In this document: in pieces, positions 28,832-37,699 of the stretch
How positions within the stretch are numbered: the first letter of the stretch is position 1
Layout: each line of letters begins with the position of its first letter
IMG/VR virus record: IMGVR_UViG_3300010383_000115
Location: 1-47,093 of that record
Direction: 5' to 3' (one strand)
DNA: 47,093 bases
Source: a virus
Taxonomy: Duplodnaviria; Caudoviricetes
Translations under genes and position numbers: made by a program
Notes under the pieces: generated by a model
Told to the model about the DNA's origin: nothing
The model's input: only the letters and a program-made list of their open reading frames with translations
Databases searched by the model: none

Positions 28832-29269
28832 CTACTTTGCAACCCAGTTACCCGATATAAGGAATTTGGCAGGCGTAGGTACAACCAATAGCAATTGCCA
28901 GTTATCGTACCCGAGCAGGGGCGAAAGGCTGGCAGGTGCCCTAAGAGTGTACCCTTTGGAACCGGCAACGTTCTGTAATGTTACCACGGTACTATCGCCC
29001 GGATTGGTGCCTATGTCCGCGAACGAACCATTGATTTTACACTGCAGCTTCACATACCCTTTAACAGAGTCTATTTTCGTAGCTGTTAAGTGAACAAGCA
29101 ACTGCTTTTTATTGGTAAGAGATATCGAGCTAGGGTTAATGGCCATGGTATAGCTACCGGCCGCTTGAACACTATCGCTGGATGTAGGCTTACCAAGTGC
29201 AGAGGGTTGGGCTATTGCGTTGGACGAAAGGCCGATAACGGCAATTGCGATGATTAGAAACTGTTTCAT
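28832..29269 (-). CDS. Secreted beta-sandwich protein
   Basis: MKQFLIIAIAVIGLSSNAIA-Q signal peptide. Confidence 0.7.
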   Translation of the reverse strand: MKQFLIIAIAVIGLSSNAIAQPSALGKPTSSDSVQAAGSYTMAINPSSISLTNKKQLLVHLTATKIDSVKGYVKLQCKINGSFADIGTNPGDSTVVTLQNVAGSKGYTLRAPASLSPLLGYDNWQLLLVVPTPAKFLISGNWVAK

Positions 29270-29304
29270 TTTATATTGGTTGTTTAAAGAATGACTTTTT
29301 ACTT

Positions 29305-29325
29305 TTTATCTCCCTATTGGATAAA
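29305..29325. promoter_or_regulatory. Palindromic operator copy 3, upstream of the terminase unit
   Basis: TTTATCT-ccctatt-GGATAAA. Confidence 0.6.
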
Positions 29326-29357
29326 TTGTTTCTACTTGAAACAAAATGAAGTTTTTG

Positions 29358-29879
29358 TTATGTGGTTGTAGCAGATACAGGATCACACCAATCACTTGGA
29401 GAATAGCCGTCTGCTAGTGCTCTTACCCTTACAAAGTATTCCTGTCCATCCAGCAAATCACCGAATGAGCTTTCGCTTACGCTTACTGTCTTATCCTGAA
29501 CAATGGAGGCGAAGTTGCTAACAGGTGATATCTGGAACTGGTAAGATGTAGCGTTTACTACATCGTCACAATCCGCTCCACACAAAGCAGAACCAGGTGT
29601 TAGTACTAATCCGGTAGGATCAGCTAATTGAGGCGGTTTTACTCTATATCCGGTTTCTATAGGGTAGGCTTCATACTCTACATCTGTTTTACCGTATCCG
29701 TCGCATGTTGGGCATTCAATTGTTTTTGTTGGGTCCTTTGGATCAGGAATGGTTCCTATTGTTTGACATTCTGGGCAATCGAATGTTTTGCCTGTGAGTA
29801 CTTCAGTTATTAATGAAGACAGGGAAATATCACCATATTGGCCTATTAATTCTGCTATTTGATATGGTTTTATTTCCAT
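29358..29879 (-). CDS. DnaJ-type zinc finger plus fibronectin type III domain protein
   Basis: CPECQTIG / CPTCDGYG; ATSYQFQ...LLDGQEYFVRVRA...SDW. Confidence 0.7.
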   Translation of the reverse strand: MEIKPYQIAELIGQYGDISLSSLITEVLTGKTFDCPECQTIGTIPDPKDPTKTIECPTCDGYGKTDVEYEAYPIETGYRVKPPQLADPTGLVLTPGSALCGADCDDVVNATSYQFQISPVSNFASIVQDKTVSVSESSFGDLLDGQEYFVRVRALADGYSPSDWCDPVSATTT

Positions 29880-29963
29880 TATGGTGTAAATCTTGGTGTA
29901 AAATTGAATAAATAGCAGCTTTTAAGAATGTAATAGGGTGATGAATTAGTGATAAGTTATCAT

Positions 29964-29991
29964 AAAAAAGAAAGCCCCGAGGTTATCGGGG
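29964..29991 (-). terminator. Terminator ending the early/middle operon
   Basis: Minus strand CCCCGA-taacc-TCGGGG-CTTTCTTTTTT. Confidence 0.8.
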
Positions 29992-30047
29992 TAGATTACT
30001 TTCATTGTTAAAAGTAAATTATAAACTATGTTAGTTTACTTTAATGG

Positions 30048-30443
30048 TTATTGTTGAGGGGGGGGTTGAGGAAGTGGGAGCCAGCCATTTACCCATTCTG
30101 TCCAATCTTCGAAATAGCTTTTCATTGCAAAGTTGCAATACCATGCCTTAGACTCCAATGAGTAAGTAAGTTCATAAACTTTCTTACCACATAGGCATAA
30201 GTAACTACCATCCTGCTTGGGTGGTTCTTCTACTGGTATCCATTGCCACGCTAAACCATAGCCGAATCTTGCTACTATTCTCTTTAAATGGTTACGTCTG
30301 GCAGTTTCTCGAATCATACTATCGGTTACTGCACTTAAAGGGATTTGCTGCCTTTCGTAATATTCTATTATGCCTTCTGTATCTGTTGGATACTCTTTCT
30401 GTATTTTCTCCTCTATAGGAGCAGGGACTTGTATGTTAGTCAT
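30048..30443 (-). CDS. DUF551-like phage protein
   Basis: WIPVEEPP...WLPLPQPP. Confidence 0.7.
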   Translation of the reverse strand: MTNIQVPAPIEEKIQKEYPTDTEGIIEYYERQQIPLSAVTDSMIRETARRNHLKRIVARFGYGLAWQWIPVEEPPKQDGSYLCLCGKKVYELTYSLESKAWYCNFAMKSYFEDWTEWVNGWLPLPQPPPQQ

Positions 30444-30730
30444 CGTTCTTTTGGTCTATTATTAAGAATAAATTTTGCAAAGAATGTTAGGTTTTGTATC
30501 TCTAAATCAGTCATGGCTGATATGAGCATTGTCAATTCATCCATATCTCCCAAATCTGTTTTTAAACCGTAGTATTCAGACAACTGCTTTATAACCTTAT
30601 ATGATGGACTTTTTATCCTACCATTCTCCAATTGAGATAAGTATGCATTACTGATACCAGTTTCTTTTTCTACTTCTCGCAAGGTGCTACCTCTTGCTTC
30701 TCTTATAGTTTTGAATTTATCTCCTATCAT
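30440..30730 (-). CDS. XRE-family HTH regulator
   Basis: TLREVEKETGISNAYLSQLENG. Confidence 0.85.
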   Translation of the reverse strand: MIGDKFKTIREARGSTLREVEKETGISNAYLSQLENGRIKSPSYKVIKQLSEYYGLKTDLGDMDELTMLISAMTDLEIQNLTFFAKFILNNRPKER

Positions 30731-31056
30731 GACTGTGTGGTTTGGGAGTTATACCATTCAATGAATTTAACAGCGCAAAACCATGTGCCCATTAAATGAA
30801 GGTTTCTCATTTCATTTTCAGCAGCTTTATACCTAAGGCGAACGTCTGGATTAACTGATAGTCTTATTTTATTTTTGATTTTAAACATCATAGGCATCAA
30901 CCAATCCCATGATGAATGGTAGTTCATTTCACTCGGAGAATAATATATTGAACTACCAAACCTATAATGATCACAATTACTGCATCTTTCGCATTTAGGT
31001 ATCCCCATAAATTCAGCAATCAGCTTATTACCTTCCAGAATCTCGTTCTGTTCCAT
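30727..31056 (-). CDS. Conserved phage hypothetical protein
   Basis: NKLIAEFMG...YHSSWDWLMP. Confidence 0.65.
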   Translation of the reverse strand: MEQNEILEGNKLIAEFMGIPKCERCSNCDHYRFGSSIYYSPSEMNYHSSWDWLMPMMFKIKNKIRLSVNPDVRLRYKAAENEMRNLHLMGTWFCAVKFIEWYNSQTTQS

Positions 31057-31070
31057 ATTTATTTTACATT

Positions 31071-31235
31071 TTATTGGTTAACGTATTCATTACTACAGAT
31101 GTCCATCACCTTTACAATGTCGGGCGTGATGATGCTCCCGATGTATGCCTGAAGGTCTTCAAAAGGAATCGGTTCTCCCTTGAATATGACCTTACCACAG
31201 GTTTTGCAGATGATATGTACACTATACACGGTCAC
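31071..31235 (-). CDS. 54-aa hypothetical protein with CxxC
   Basis: Hand-translated GTG-start ORF (MTVYSVHIICKTCGK...) with GTGA overlap. Confidence 0.45.
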   Translation of the reverse strand: MTVYSVHIICKTCGKVIFKGEPIPFEDLQAYIGSIITPDIVKVMDICSNEYVNQ

Positions 31236-31621
31236 TTAGTTTCAATTGTTTCGAAGTAGAATACAACAGGTTTTTGTGTTTCAACAATTAGCCCAAACCG
31301 TATAGATCTACCATAAGAAGTAGCAGTAATCCCACCAGTCCTTAAAAACTCAAAACTTAGCAAAACTTCTTTTCTGAATTCCTCTATATCCATTTTGTGG
31401 CTTGTACTACGTATTCGCAATGAACCGCATGATTTGCAAGCAGCCATTAAATTTTCCTCTTCTGTATTTATCTTGGTTATGCAACCATCTTCACCCACTG
31501 CGCTTACTATTGGTTTTATATCCCAAATATGCCATCCCTTACCAAGTTCACACCCACAAAAAGCACACTTCCCGTTGTAACGATTAGCTACTCTTTTTCT
31601 TGTTTTCTCGCTCACTTTCAT
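31232..31621 (-). CDS. HNH-like endonuclease, possibly degenerate
   Basis: GKCAFCG...ENLMAACKSCG; the usual DH motif is replaced by WD. Confidence 0.65.
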   Translation of the reverse strand: MKVSEKTRKRVANRYNGKCAFCGCELGKGWHIWDIKPIVSAVGEDGCITKINTEEENLMAACKSCGSLRIRSTSHKMDIEEFRKEVLLSFEFLRTGGITATSYGRSIRFGLIVETQKPVVFYFETIETK

Positions 31622-31622
31622 A

Positions 31623-31991
31623 TCACACAGGTATTATTTGAAATTCAATGCGTGGATCAGAGACATCTTTAAACTTGTCAATTACCAGCTTCACACACTT
31701 ATTGTCGTTTTTAATGGCTTTTACGTATTGCAGGCAGTCCAATACTACCTTAGTTGAATTATCCAGGTCAGCACGCTCTGAAGGATAGAATACTTCCATG
31801 TGGAACTCGAAATAGCCCTCTATGTTTGCGTTACGGTACAGATTACACTGGATATAGAAGTTGTCTTCGTATTGCTTCATCGCCTTGGTTTTGGCAAGTG
31901 AAGGATGCCCACCAATGGTTACTATCTGATATAGATTGCTTTTAGAAGGGCATACACCACGTATAACTTGCTTTGGTTGGTATGGGTCCAT
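31623..31991 (-). CDS. rusA: RusA-like Holliday junction resolvase
   Basis: PSKSN, DLDN..K...DCL, NDN, PRIE. Confidence 0.85.
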   Translation of the reverse strand: MDPYQPKQVIRGVCPSKSNLYQIVTIGGHPSLAKTKAMKQYEDNFYIQCNLYRNANIEGYFEFHMEVFYPSERADLDNSTKVVLDCLQYVKAIKNDNKCVKLVIDKFKDVSDPRIEFQIIPV

Positions 31992-31993
31992 TA

Positions 31994-32389
31994 TTAGGAG
32001 TTTAGCAGTTCTGGATTTTGATAAATGTTGCCGATTACTTCAAAATCATGTATTAAATGATGCTCAAAAAATGTCACACCAGATTCATTTTTAAGACCAA
32101 ATGATGCATACCCAGTGCTGTATTCAACTATACCCATAGTAGGTAATACGCCATTATCAGATGATGGATATATAAGGCTGCCTTTCAGTATGTCGCCCTC
32201 GTAAATATCAACATCGTTCTTATCTTTTAAGCCCGTAAACTGCATAATTACACACTCCTTATCTATCCACTCAGCAGCATCTTCTATAAAGACATGATAA
32301 CTTCCGTCACCGTGACACTGTATATACCCACCTTCGTTAATCATATTTTCCGAATAAGCCCATGCTCTAAACTTTATTTCTCTTTTCAT
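31994..32389 (-). CDS. YopX family protein
   Basis: REIKFRAW...QFTGLKDKN..IYEGDI...EVIGNIYQNPELL. Confidence 0.9.
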   Translation of the reverse strand: MKREIKFRAWAYSENMINEGGYIQCHGDGSYHVFIEDAAEWIDKECVIMQFTGLKDKNDVDIYEGDILKGSLIYPSSDNGVLPTMGIVEYSTGYASFGLKNESGVTFFEHHLIHDFEVIGNIYQNPELLNS

Positions 32390-32399
32390 ATAGTTGTTT

Positions 32400-33845
32400 T
32401 TATTGGTTTACCCAGTCATTAGGATTGTAATTGTTTTCATGCTTCTTTTCAGGTTTCTTCACCTCTTTGAATTGGTGGATGTATTCTGTCCAACGCTGCC
32501 TGTCCTTGTCAAATGTGTATGGAACTTTTACACACTTACCGTTACGGTTTTTCTCAACGAATACCCCTGCTGTTTTAAGGCTACTTTCGGCGGTATTTTT
32601 AAAGTCTTCACTGGTAGGTACATGCAGGAACATAACCATGTCTGCATCCTGCTCTATCGCTCCAGATTCCCGCAAATCACTCAGTTTGTAGGTACGAACG
32701 GTACGGCTTTCAACGGTACGGTTCAACTGGCAAAGGGCCATTATCGGGATCTTGAGGCTAAGGCTCAGTTTCTTTATTTCCCGGCTGATCTTTGATATCT
32801 CGTTTTCCCTATTCTTGCTGTCTCCGCTGTCTCCTTCCATCAATTGGAGATAGTCTATAATTATCATCCTGATATCACTCTTTGATTTAAGCCGGCGTGC
32901 CTTCGCTCTTAATTCAGGTACAGAAAGAGCTGGTGTATCATCCCAGTATATAGGCAGTGATGCTATTTTGTTAGCAGCGGCGTTTAAGGACTCCTTATCA
33001 TCTTCGGTAAGCAATGGAGCAAACTGTATGCGTCCGAAATCCACACCCGAAACGATACTTAACATCCGCTTCATTAATCGCTCCTTTGGCATCTCCAGAG
33101 AGAAGAAAGCCACCGGATAACCAGCATTGGCAGAGGAGTAAGCCACATTCAATGCAAAGGCTGTTTTCCCCACAGCGGGACGCGCGGCCACTACTATAAA
33201 ATCACCTGGTTGCCAACCTCTGCAACATTCATCCATATCCGAATTACCGGTAGGTACTCCGGTAACGTTACCTTTTATCTGGCTCTGCTCATCAATATCA
33301 TTCATCACATTCATGATAACGTTTGCAGACTTTGCCACCTGTCGAATGGCAGATACATTATGTATGTCTTGTAATTTCTGCTCTGTGCTATCCAGTAAAT
33401 CAAATGGATCTGATTCAGGGGAAAATGCAGCATTCATAGCGGCTCCGGCTACAGCTATTGTTTCCCGAAGGATATATTTTTCAACGATGATGCGGGCGTG
33501 AGCTTCAGCGTGGGCACCGCTAACTACTGAAAATGTTATTTTACCAGTATATATAGCGGCATCTATGCGCTCCATAAGATGAAGGTCTGCCAGCTCCTGT
33601 GTAATAGTCATTAAGTCAACAGGTATTCCTTTACGTTGCATGCTTAGGATGGCTGCAAAAACCTTCTGGTTCTCTTCAACATAGAAATAACGCTCACTCT
33701 TTATGATGCTCAGGATACCATCTACAAGGCTATTGTCCAATATAATAGCACCTAACACAGCAGTTTCAATCTCTGGAGCGTGGGGGATAGCTCTCCCTTC
33801 TGCCAGGTAGTTTGTAAGTATTTCAGGTTTTTTCTTGGTTCTCAT
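32400..33845 (-). CDS. dnaB: Replicative DnaB-like helicase
   Basis: AARPAVGKT, FSLEM, IDYLQL, QLNR, SDLRESGAIEQDAD. Confidence 0.95.
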   Translation of the reverse strand: MRTKKKPEILTNYLAEGRAIPHAPEIETAVLGAIILDNSLVDGILSIIKSERYFYVEENQKVFAAILSMQRKGIPVDLMTITQELADLHLMERIDAAIYTGKITFSVVSGAHAEAHARIIVEKYILRETIAVAGAAMNAAFSPESDPFDLLDSTEQKLQDIHNVSAIRQVAKSANVIMNVMNDIDEQSQIKGNVTGVPTGNSDMDECCRGWQPGDFIVVAARPAVGKTAFALNVAYSSANAGYPVAFFSLEMPKERLMKRMLSIVSGVDFGRIQFAPLLTEDDKESLNAAANKIASLPIYWDDTPALSVPELRAKARRLKSKSDIRMIIIDYLQLMEGDSGDSKNRENEISKISREIKKLSLSLKIPIMALCQLNRTVESRTVRTYKLSDLRESGAIEQDADMVMFLHVPTSEDFKNTAESSLKTAGVFVEKNRNGKCVKVPYTFDKDRQRWTEYIHQFKEVKKPEKKHENNYNPNDWVNQ

Positions 33846-34699
33846 CTCGTCTTACTATTTATGATCTCCATTAATTCAGCATCAGCACCGGCTGGCTGGT
33901 GATCCGTTACCGGCTTTTTAAGTTCTTTATTGTCGTAATTGCCCTCCAGTATCTTAACATAGTTATTTTTGCTAGATACTACCCAGTCGAAGGGTACCCG
34001 CATTTCATTAATGAGAAAGTGCGACTGTGCTATTTTACCTATGATAGCCCTGAAGTCAAATGCTTTTTCTGATAGGCGTTTCTTTAAATGCTTCTCCCTG
34101 GTAGGTGTAATAGTGTTAACAGCGGGTAAATTCTTTTCAGCAGCTAGTAAGTTCCAGAAGTCAACATAAGGCTCAATAAACTCAGGTTTGTACTGTGCGA
34201 TGAAACTGTTGATTACCTTTTTATTTTTGTCAGCAATCGCAGCGTACATCTCTTTTTGCTGCTTTACCACATCAATAAGAGGCGGGGCGATCTCTTCGGT
34301 CTTATGTTCTTCCTTTTTATTCCACCGGTTCTCAGCGGCCTTGCGTGCACGCTCCCGGTTCCTTTCTTTGGTATCTTCCCAGTTCTGCATACGCTCACAG
34401 AGACTATCGGACCAGATATAGGTACCATCTGATTTAAGAAGAAGGAATTCATTAACACAATCGTCAATGAAATTGATAGTTTCTTCAGTTGATAACTTCA
34501 AATAATTAGCCAATGAAGCATAAGCGAACTTTGAAGAGATATCATATCTATAACCTATCTGTAATCTTAAAACTTCACATAGCCTCCACCATCTACCGTA
34601 CCCTGCCATATCATATTTACCCAGCAAGGCAACTGTTTTTGGATCAGCTGCAGCGTCTGCATCATGTGAAAACCACAACTTTGGATCTTTGGTGCTCAT
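33842..34699 (-). CDS. Replication initiator (DUF4373-like)
   Basis: WFSHD...GYGRWW.L.E.L; RARKAAENRW; FDW...KILEGNY; upstream of dnaB. Confidence 0.8.
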   Translation of the reverse strand: MSTKDPKLWFSHDADAAADPKTVALLGKYDMAGYGRWWRLCEVLRLQIGYRYDISSKFAYASLANYLKLSTEETINFIDDCVNEFLLLKSDGTYIWSDSLCERMQNWEDTKERNRERARKAAENRWNKKEEHKTEEIAPPLIDVVKQQKEMYAAIADKNKKVINSFIAQYKPEFIEPYVDFWNLLAAEKNLPAVNTITPTREKHLKKRLSEKAFDFRAIIGKIAQSHFLINEMRVPFDWVVSSKNNYVKILEGNYDNKELKKPVTDHQPAGADAELMEIINSKTR

Positions 34700-34746
34700 T
34701 AGTCTCTCAGTATTAAATCTTATCCACGGGGATAGGGAAGTAGCTC

Positions 34747-35343
34747 TTATAGTCCTCTGGCGAACTTCACGGCGGCATCTCTTGCCTCTTGTAATTCAAC
34801 GAAGGACTCTGTAGTCCCACCGGTATCGGGATGCATTTTTAATGACAGCTCTCTGTACCTGTTATGAATTGCTTTTTCATCTCTGTTGGGTTGCATGCCT
34901 AACACATCCCATGGAGAACGTTTGTGTTTAGCCTCTGGGAGAGCTGTAAACCCACTGAATGTGCGCTCCAGTACTTGAGATACACCCCATCGTGAAAGGC
35001 CGCGCATGGCTTCAATAGATAGCGACATTGCATAAATATTGTCTTCTATTCTATTCCATTTGTCACAGGCTAGCACTACCTGGCGACCATTGTATATGAA
35101 GTATACAGCGGCGCCTTTGTCGGTAATTAACCGGCGTGCATAATCAGAACGGGGATAACCATTTTTATTTAATGGAATGTTACAGCTTAGTATTACGTTT
35201 TTACCTCCCATCCGTTTTATCTCGGACATTAATAAATTAGTAACGTATGCAAGAGTTTTCTCGCTGAAGTTTGAGCCCTTTATAGCATACATAGCTGTAC
35301 GGGGATAGCCTATAGGCCACTGCAAAGGATATGCTTCTATCAT
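34747..35343 (-). CDS. J-domain (DnaJ-like) protein
   Basis: AYPLQWP N-terminus; PWDVLG...HPDTGG J domain. Confidence 0.85.
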   Translation of the reverse strand: MIEAYPLQWPIGYPRTAMYAIKGSNFSEKTLAYVTNLLMSEIKRMGGKNVILSCNIPLNKNGYPRSDYARRLITDKGAAVYFIYNGRQVVLACDKWNRIEDNIYAMSLSIEAMRGLSRWGVSQVLERTFSGFTALPEAKHKRSPWDVLGMQPNRDEKAIHNRYRELSLKMHPDTGGTTESFVELQEARDAAVKFARGL

Positions 35344-35370
35344 AAAATGAAATTTTAACTTGTTTGTAGA

Positions 35371-35775
35371 TTATTTACCCATAGCATGTATTGGCTTATG
35401 AGTCAGTATTTCGTACAGCTTGTTGCCTTGGAATTCAGCATGAGCATCCTTTATATAGAACTTACATTGCCCTTTGTGCCCAGTTCTTTCGGCGAACATT
35501 CTGCTCATCGGATATGATGATATACAGACACCATTCTGCTTTGATTTATTAAGCATGAACAGCTTGAAGCCGGTTTTGTCTTTATTGGTGTAAAAGCACC
35601 ATACTTTGTTAAGTATTACAAAATGCAGGTAATCCCCAACCCTAAGATTGCATTCCTCGGCTGCATGTGCTGTGAACGATATACGGTATTTCCCAGAAAA
35701 GTTAATAGTGCTGACTTTGGCATTGTACCTATTCTGAATATCCTCGTTCGTTTTATTAATAATTTCTACTTCCAT
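35371..35775 (-). CDS. Hypothetical protein
   Basis: ORF in the operon. Confidence 0.6.
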   Translation of the reverse strand: MEVEIINKTNEDIQNRYNAKVSTINFSGKYRISFTAHAAEECNLRVGDYLHFVILNKVWCFYTNKDKTGFKLFMLNKSKQNGVCISSYPMSRMFAERTGHKGQCKFYIKDAHAEFQGNKLYEILTHKPIHAMGK

Positions 35776-35778
35776 CTC

Positions 35779-36105
35779 TTATTTTTTATGTGATTTGATC
35801 AATTCAAGCAGTTCTTCAATATTGTTAGCATCAATCAACTCATCAAATACAAGCGATATATCCCTTATACGTTCGGTATCCATTTGTACAGATAAAGACG
35901 TTCTTCCATCCGGTGTATATGCAGACATGATCTGCCTCCTCAGGTTAGTACCTGCATTGATGGCGTATTTATATGCACCAGGGAGAAGCCTGTATTTGCA
36001 TTCCGAAAATCCCCATTCACCATTTTGGGTAATGAATTGAGCCATTGCCAGCAGTCGGAAACAAATCCTTCCATCATTCGTTTGTGGTTTCGTAAGCTTT
36101 TCCAT
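35779..36105 (-). CDS. Hypothetical protein
   Basis: TAATG-coupled ORF. Confidence 0.6.
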   Translation of the reverse strand: MEKLTKPQTNDGRICFRLLAMAQFITQNGEWGFSECKYRLLPGAYKYAINAGTNLRRQIMSAYTPDGRTSLSVQMDTERIRDISLVFDELIDANNIEELLELIKSHKK

Positions 36106-37436
36106 TATGCTGCTTTATCGTTTTCGTAAATTTTACCGAAGGTTAAAGCCCACGCCTTTATTACATTCGGCTCTACGCTATTCCCGATTTGCCTTTTCTG
36201 ATCCGTCTGGTTACCTTTTAGCATATAGCTTGTCGGGAAACCCTGTATCAACTTGAGCTCGGACACCTTGAGCATACGCATAGTGATGTCTTCTATTCCG
36301 TTTTCGCTCATCAGAGCCTGAATAACATATAACGGGGCTTTATGCTGGCTGGCAACTATAACAGGACAGGGAGAGCTTGTAGGAGTAGTATGCCCACCAT
36401 GTGATTTATTCATAATGAATGATACCAGGTTAGCTTTGGGAGTAGTCGGTATAGCTCCTAATGGTTCATCTATCGATGATGTATACCCCCTTCTGTATTG
36501 GCGGAATATAATAGCAAATCTATCTTTTGTAGGTATGGTGCCCGCTGGCTCATTTATTGAGTTTAGATTATCACCATTGCCATAATATTTGAACATGAAA
36601 GCAGGCTCTCCAGCGGCGATACTCTTTGCAAGGCCTTTGGCTATTACATTCAGAGTTTTATCGCTAAGTGGCTTCTTTCGGTTGAATATGCTTTTCCCGG
36701 TATCTGCAAGGTCTAATACATCCTTTACAGCTTTCCACGGTTTAAGCGGGGCAAATAAGCTACCTGACAACTTTTTACTGTGAGTAGGTTCAGGCCATAC
36801 AATTGGTAAGTCATGTTTCGCAAAGCATCCGAAGAGGCGATTCCTTTTAGTGTAGGAACCAAAGTCTGCACTATTCAATTCTTCCCAGTCAACTTTATAG
36901 CCAAGATCACAAATACCACTTTGCCATTTGATGAACTCCTGTCCGTTTCTCCTACTGATAGGTTTTCCCATTTCATTCAGTGGCCCCCAACTCATGAACT
37001 CTGTAACGTTTTCTATTTTAAGATAGTCCGGGTTCAATATTTGCATGTAACTATCGCCCTTTACATGCATTTTCTTTTCAAAATCATACTGCATGTACAG
37101 GCTATATGCTAGTGTTCGTATTTCATCATCCTTTGGCTGTGCACCACGGGCATTACTGAAGTGAGGACACGGTAAAGAAGCCCAAAGAATAAGTTTCGCC
37201 CAAGGGTATTTCTTTCGCCAGCTATCCACTACCTTTTTAAGCCGCAATAAATTGACTCTACGCAGATCTTCTAAGAAGTGTACTGCATGAGGATGGTTAG
37301 CTTTATGGCTTTCAATAGCCATACGATCATGATTGATACAGGCAATAACTTTAGCTAGGCCGTTTGTCATTTCATACCCCAAGCTGGTACCACCTGCACC
37401 ACAGAATAAATCAACTACTAGGAACTTTGGATACAT
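36105..37436 (-). CDS. C5-cytosine DNA methyltransferase
   Basis: DLFCGAGG, PCPHFS, ENV, R.R, QIGNSV; ATG 37436 preferred as start. Confidence 0.92.
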   Translation of the reverse strand: MYPKFLVVDLFCGAGGTSLGYEMTNGLAKVIACINHDRMAIESHKANHPHAVHFLEDLRRVNLLRLKKVVDSWRKKYPWAKLILWASLPCPHFSNARGAQPKDDEIRTLAYSLYMQYDFEKKMHVKGDSYMQILNPDYLKIENVTEFMSWGPLNEMGKPISRRNGQEFIKWQSGICDLGYKVDWEELNSADFGSYTKRNRLFGCFAKHDLPIVWPEPTHSKKLSGSLFAPLKPWKAVKDVLDLADTGKSIFNRKKPLSDKTLNVIAKGLAKSIAAGEPAFMFKYYGNGDNLNSINEPAGTIPTKDRFAIIFRQYRRGYTSSIDEPLGAIPTTPKANLVSFIMNKSHGGHTTPTSSPCPVIVASQHKAPLYVIQALMSENGIEDITMRMLKVSELKLIQGFPTSYMLKGNQTDQKRQIGNSVEPNVIKAWALTFGKIYENDKAA

Positions 37437-37440
37437 ACTA

Positions 37441-37662
37441 TTAGTAAGGATTTCTTGTTTTACGAAATTCAATATCCGGTTCATTGTAATCCGGAAAGTA
37501 TTCAGCAACTATAGCTTCCAGCTTTTCAGAGAGTTCTTTTAGCTTGGCCATTGCCTTAACAGGATCTTTATACAGTGATGGTTTCATCCAAACGTCTACT
37601 GTCACAGTCATGTGTTCTATCTGCTTTGTGTAATCACAACCATGTATATAAATCTTTGGCAT
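37441..37662 (-). CDS. Hypothetical protein
   Basis: ORF between the two methyltransferases. Confidence 0.55.
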   Translation of the reverse strand: MPKIYIHGCDYTKQIEHMTVTVDVWMKPSLYKDPVKAMAKLKELSEKLEAIVAEYFPDYNEPDIEFRKTRNPY

Positions 37663-37699
37663 TACGCTGCTGTTTCCGTTATATCAAAAAGGTTAGGTG

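Noticed and set aside
29882-29963. TGGTGTAAA direct repeat and GTGATAAGTTATCAT palindrome
   Set aside because: Short, in AT-rich DNA, not noticed elsewhere; could be regulatory but unsupported
34718-34740. TTATCC-acgg-GGATAG as a fourth late operator
   Set aside because: Spacing and half-sites differ from the N7 consensus
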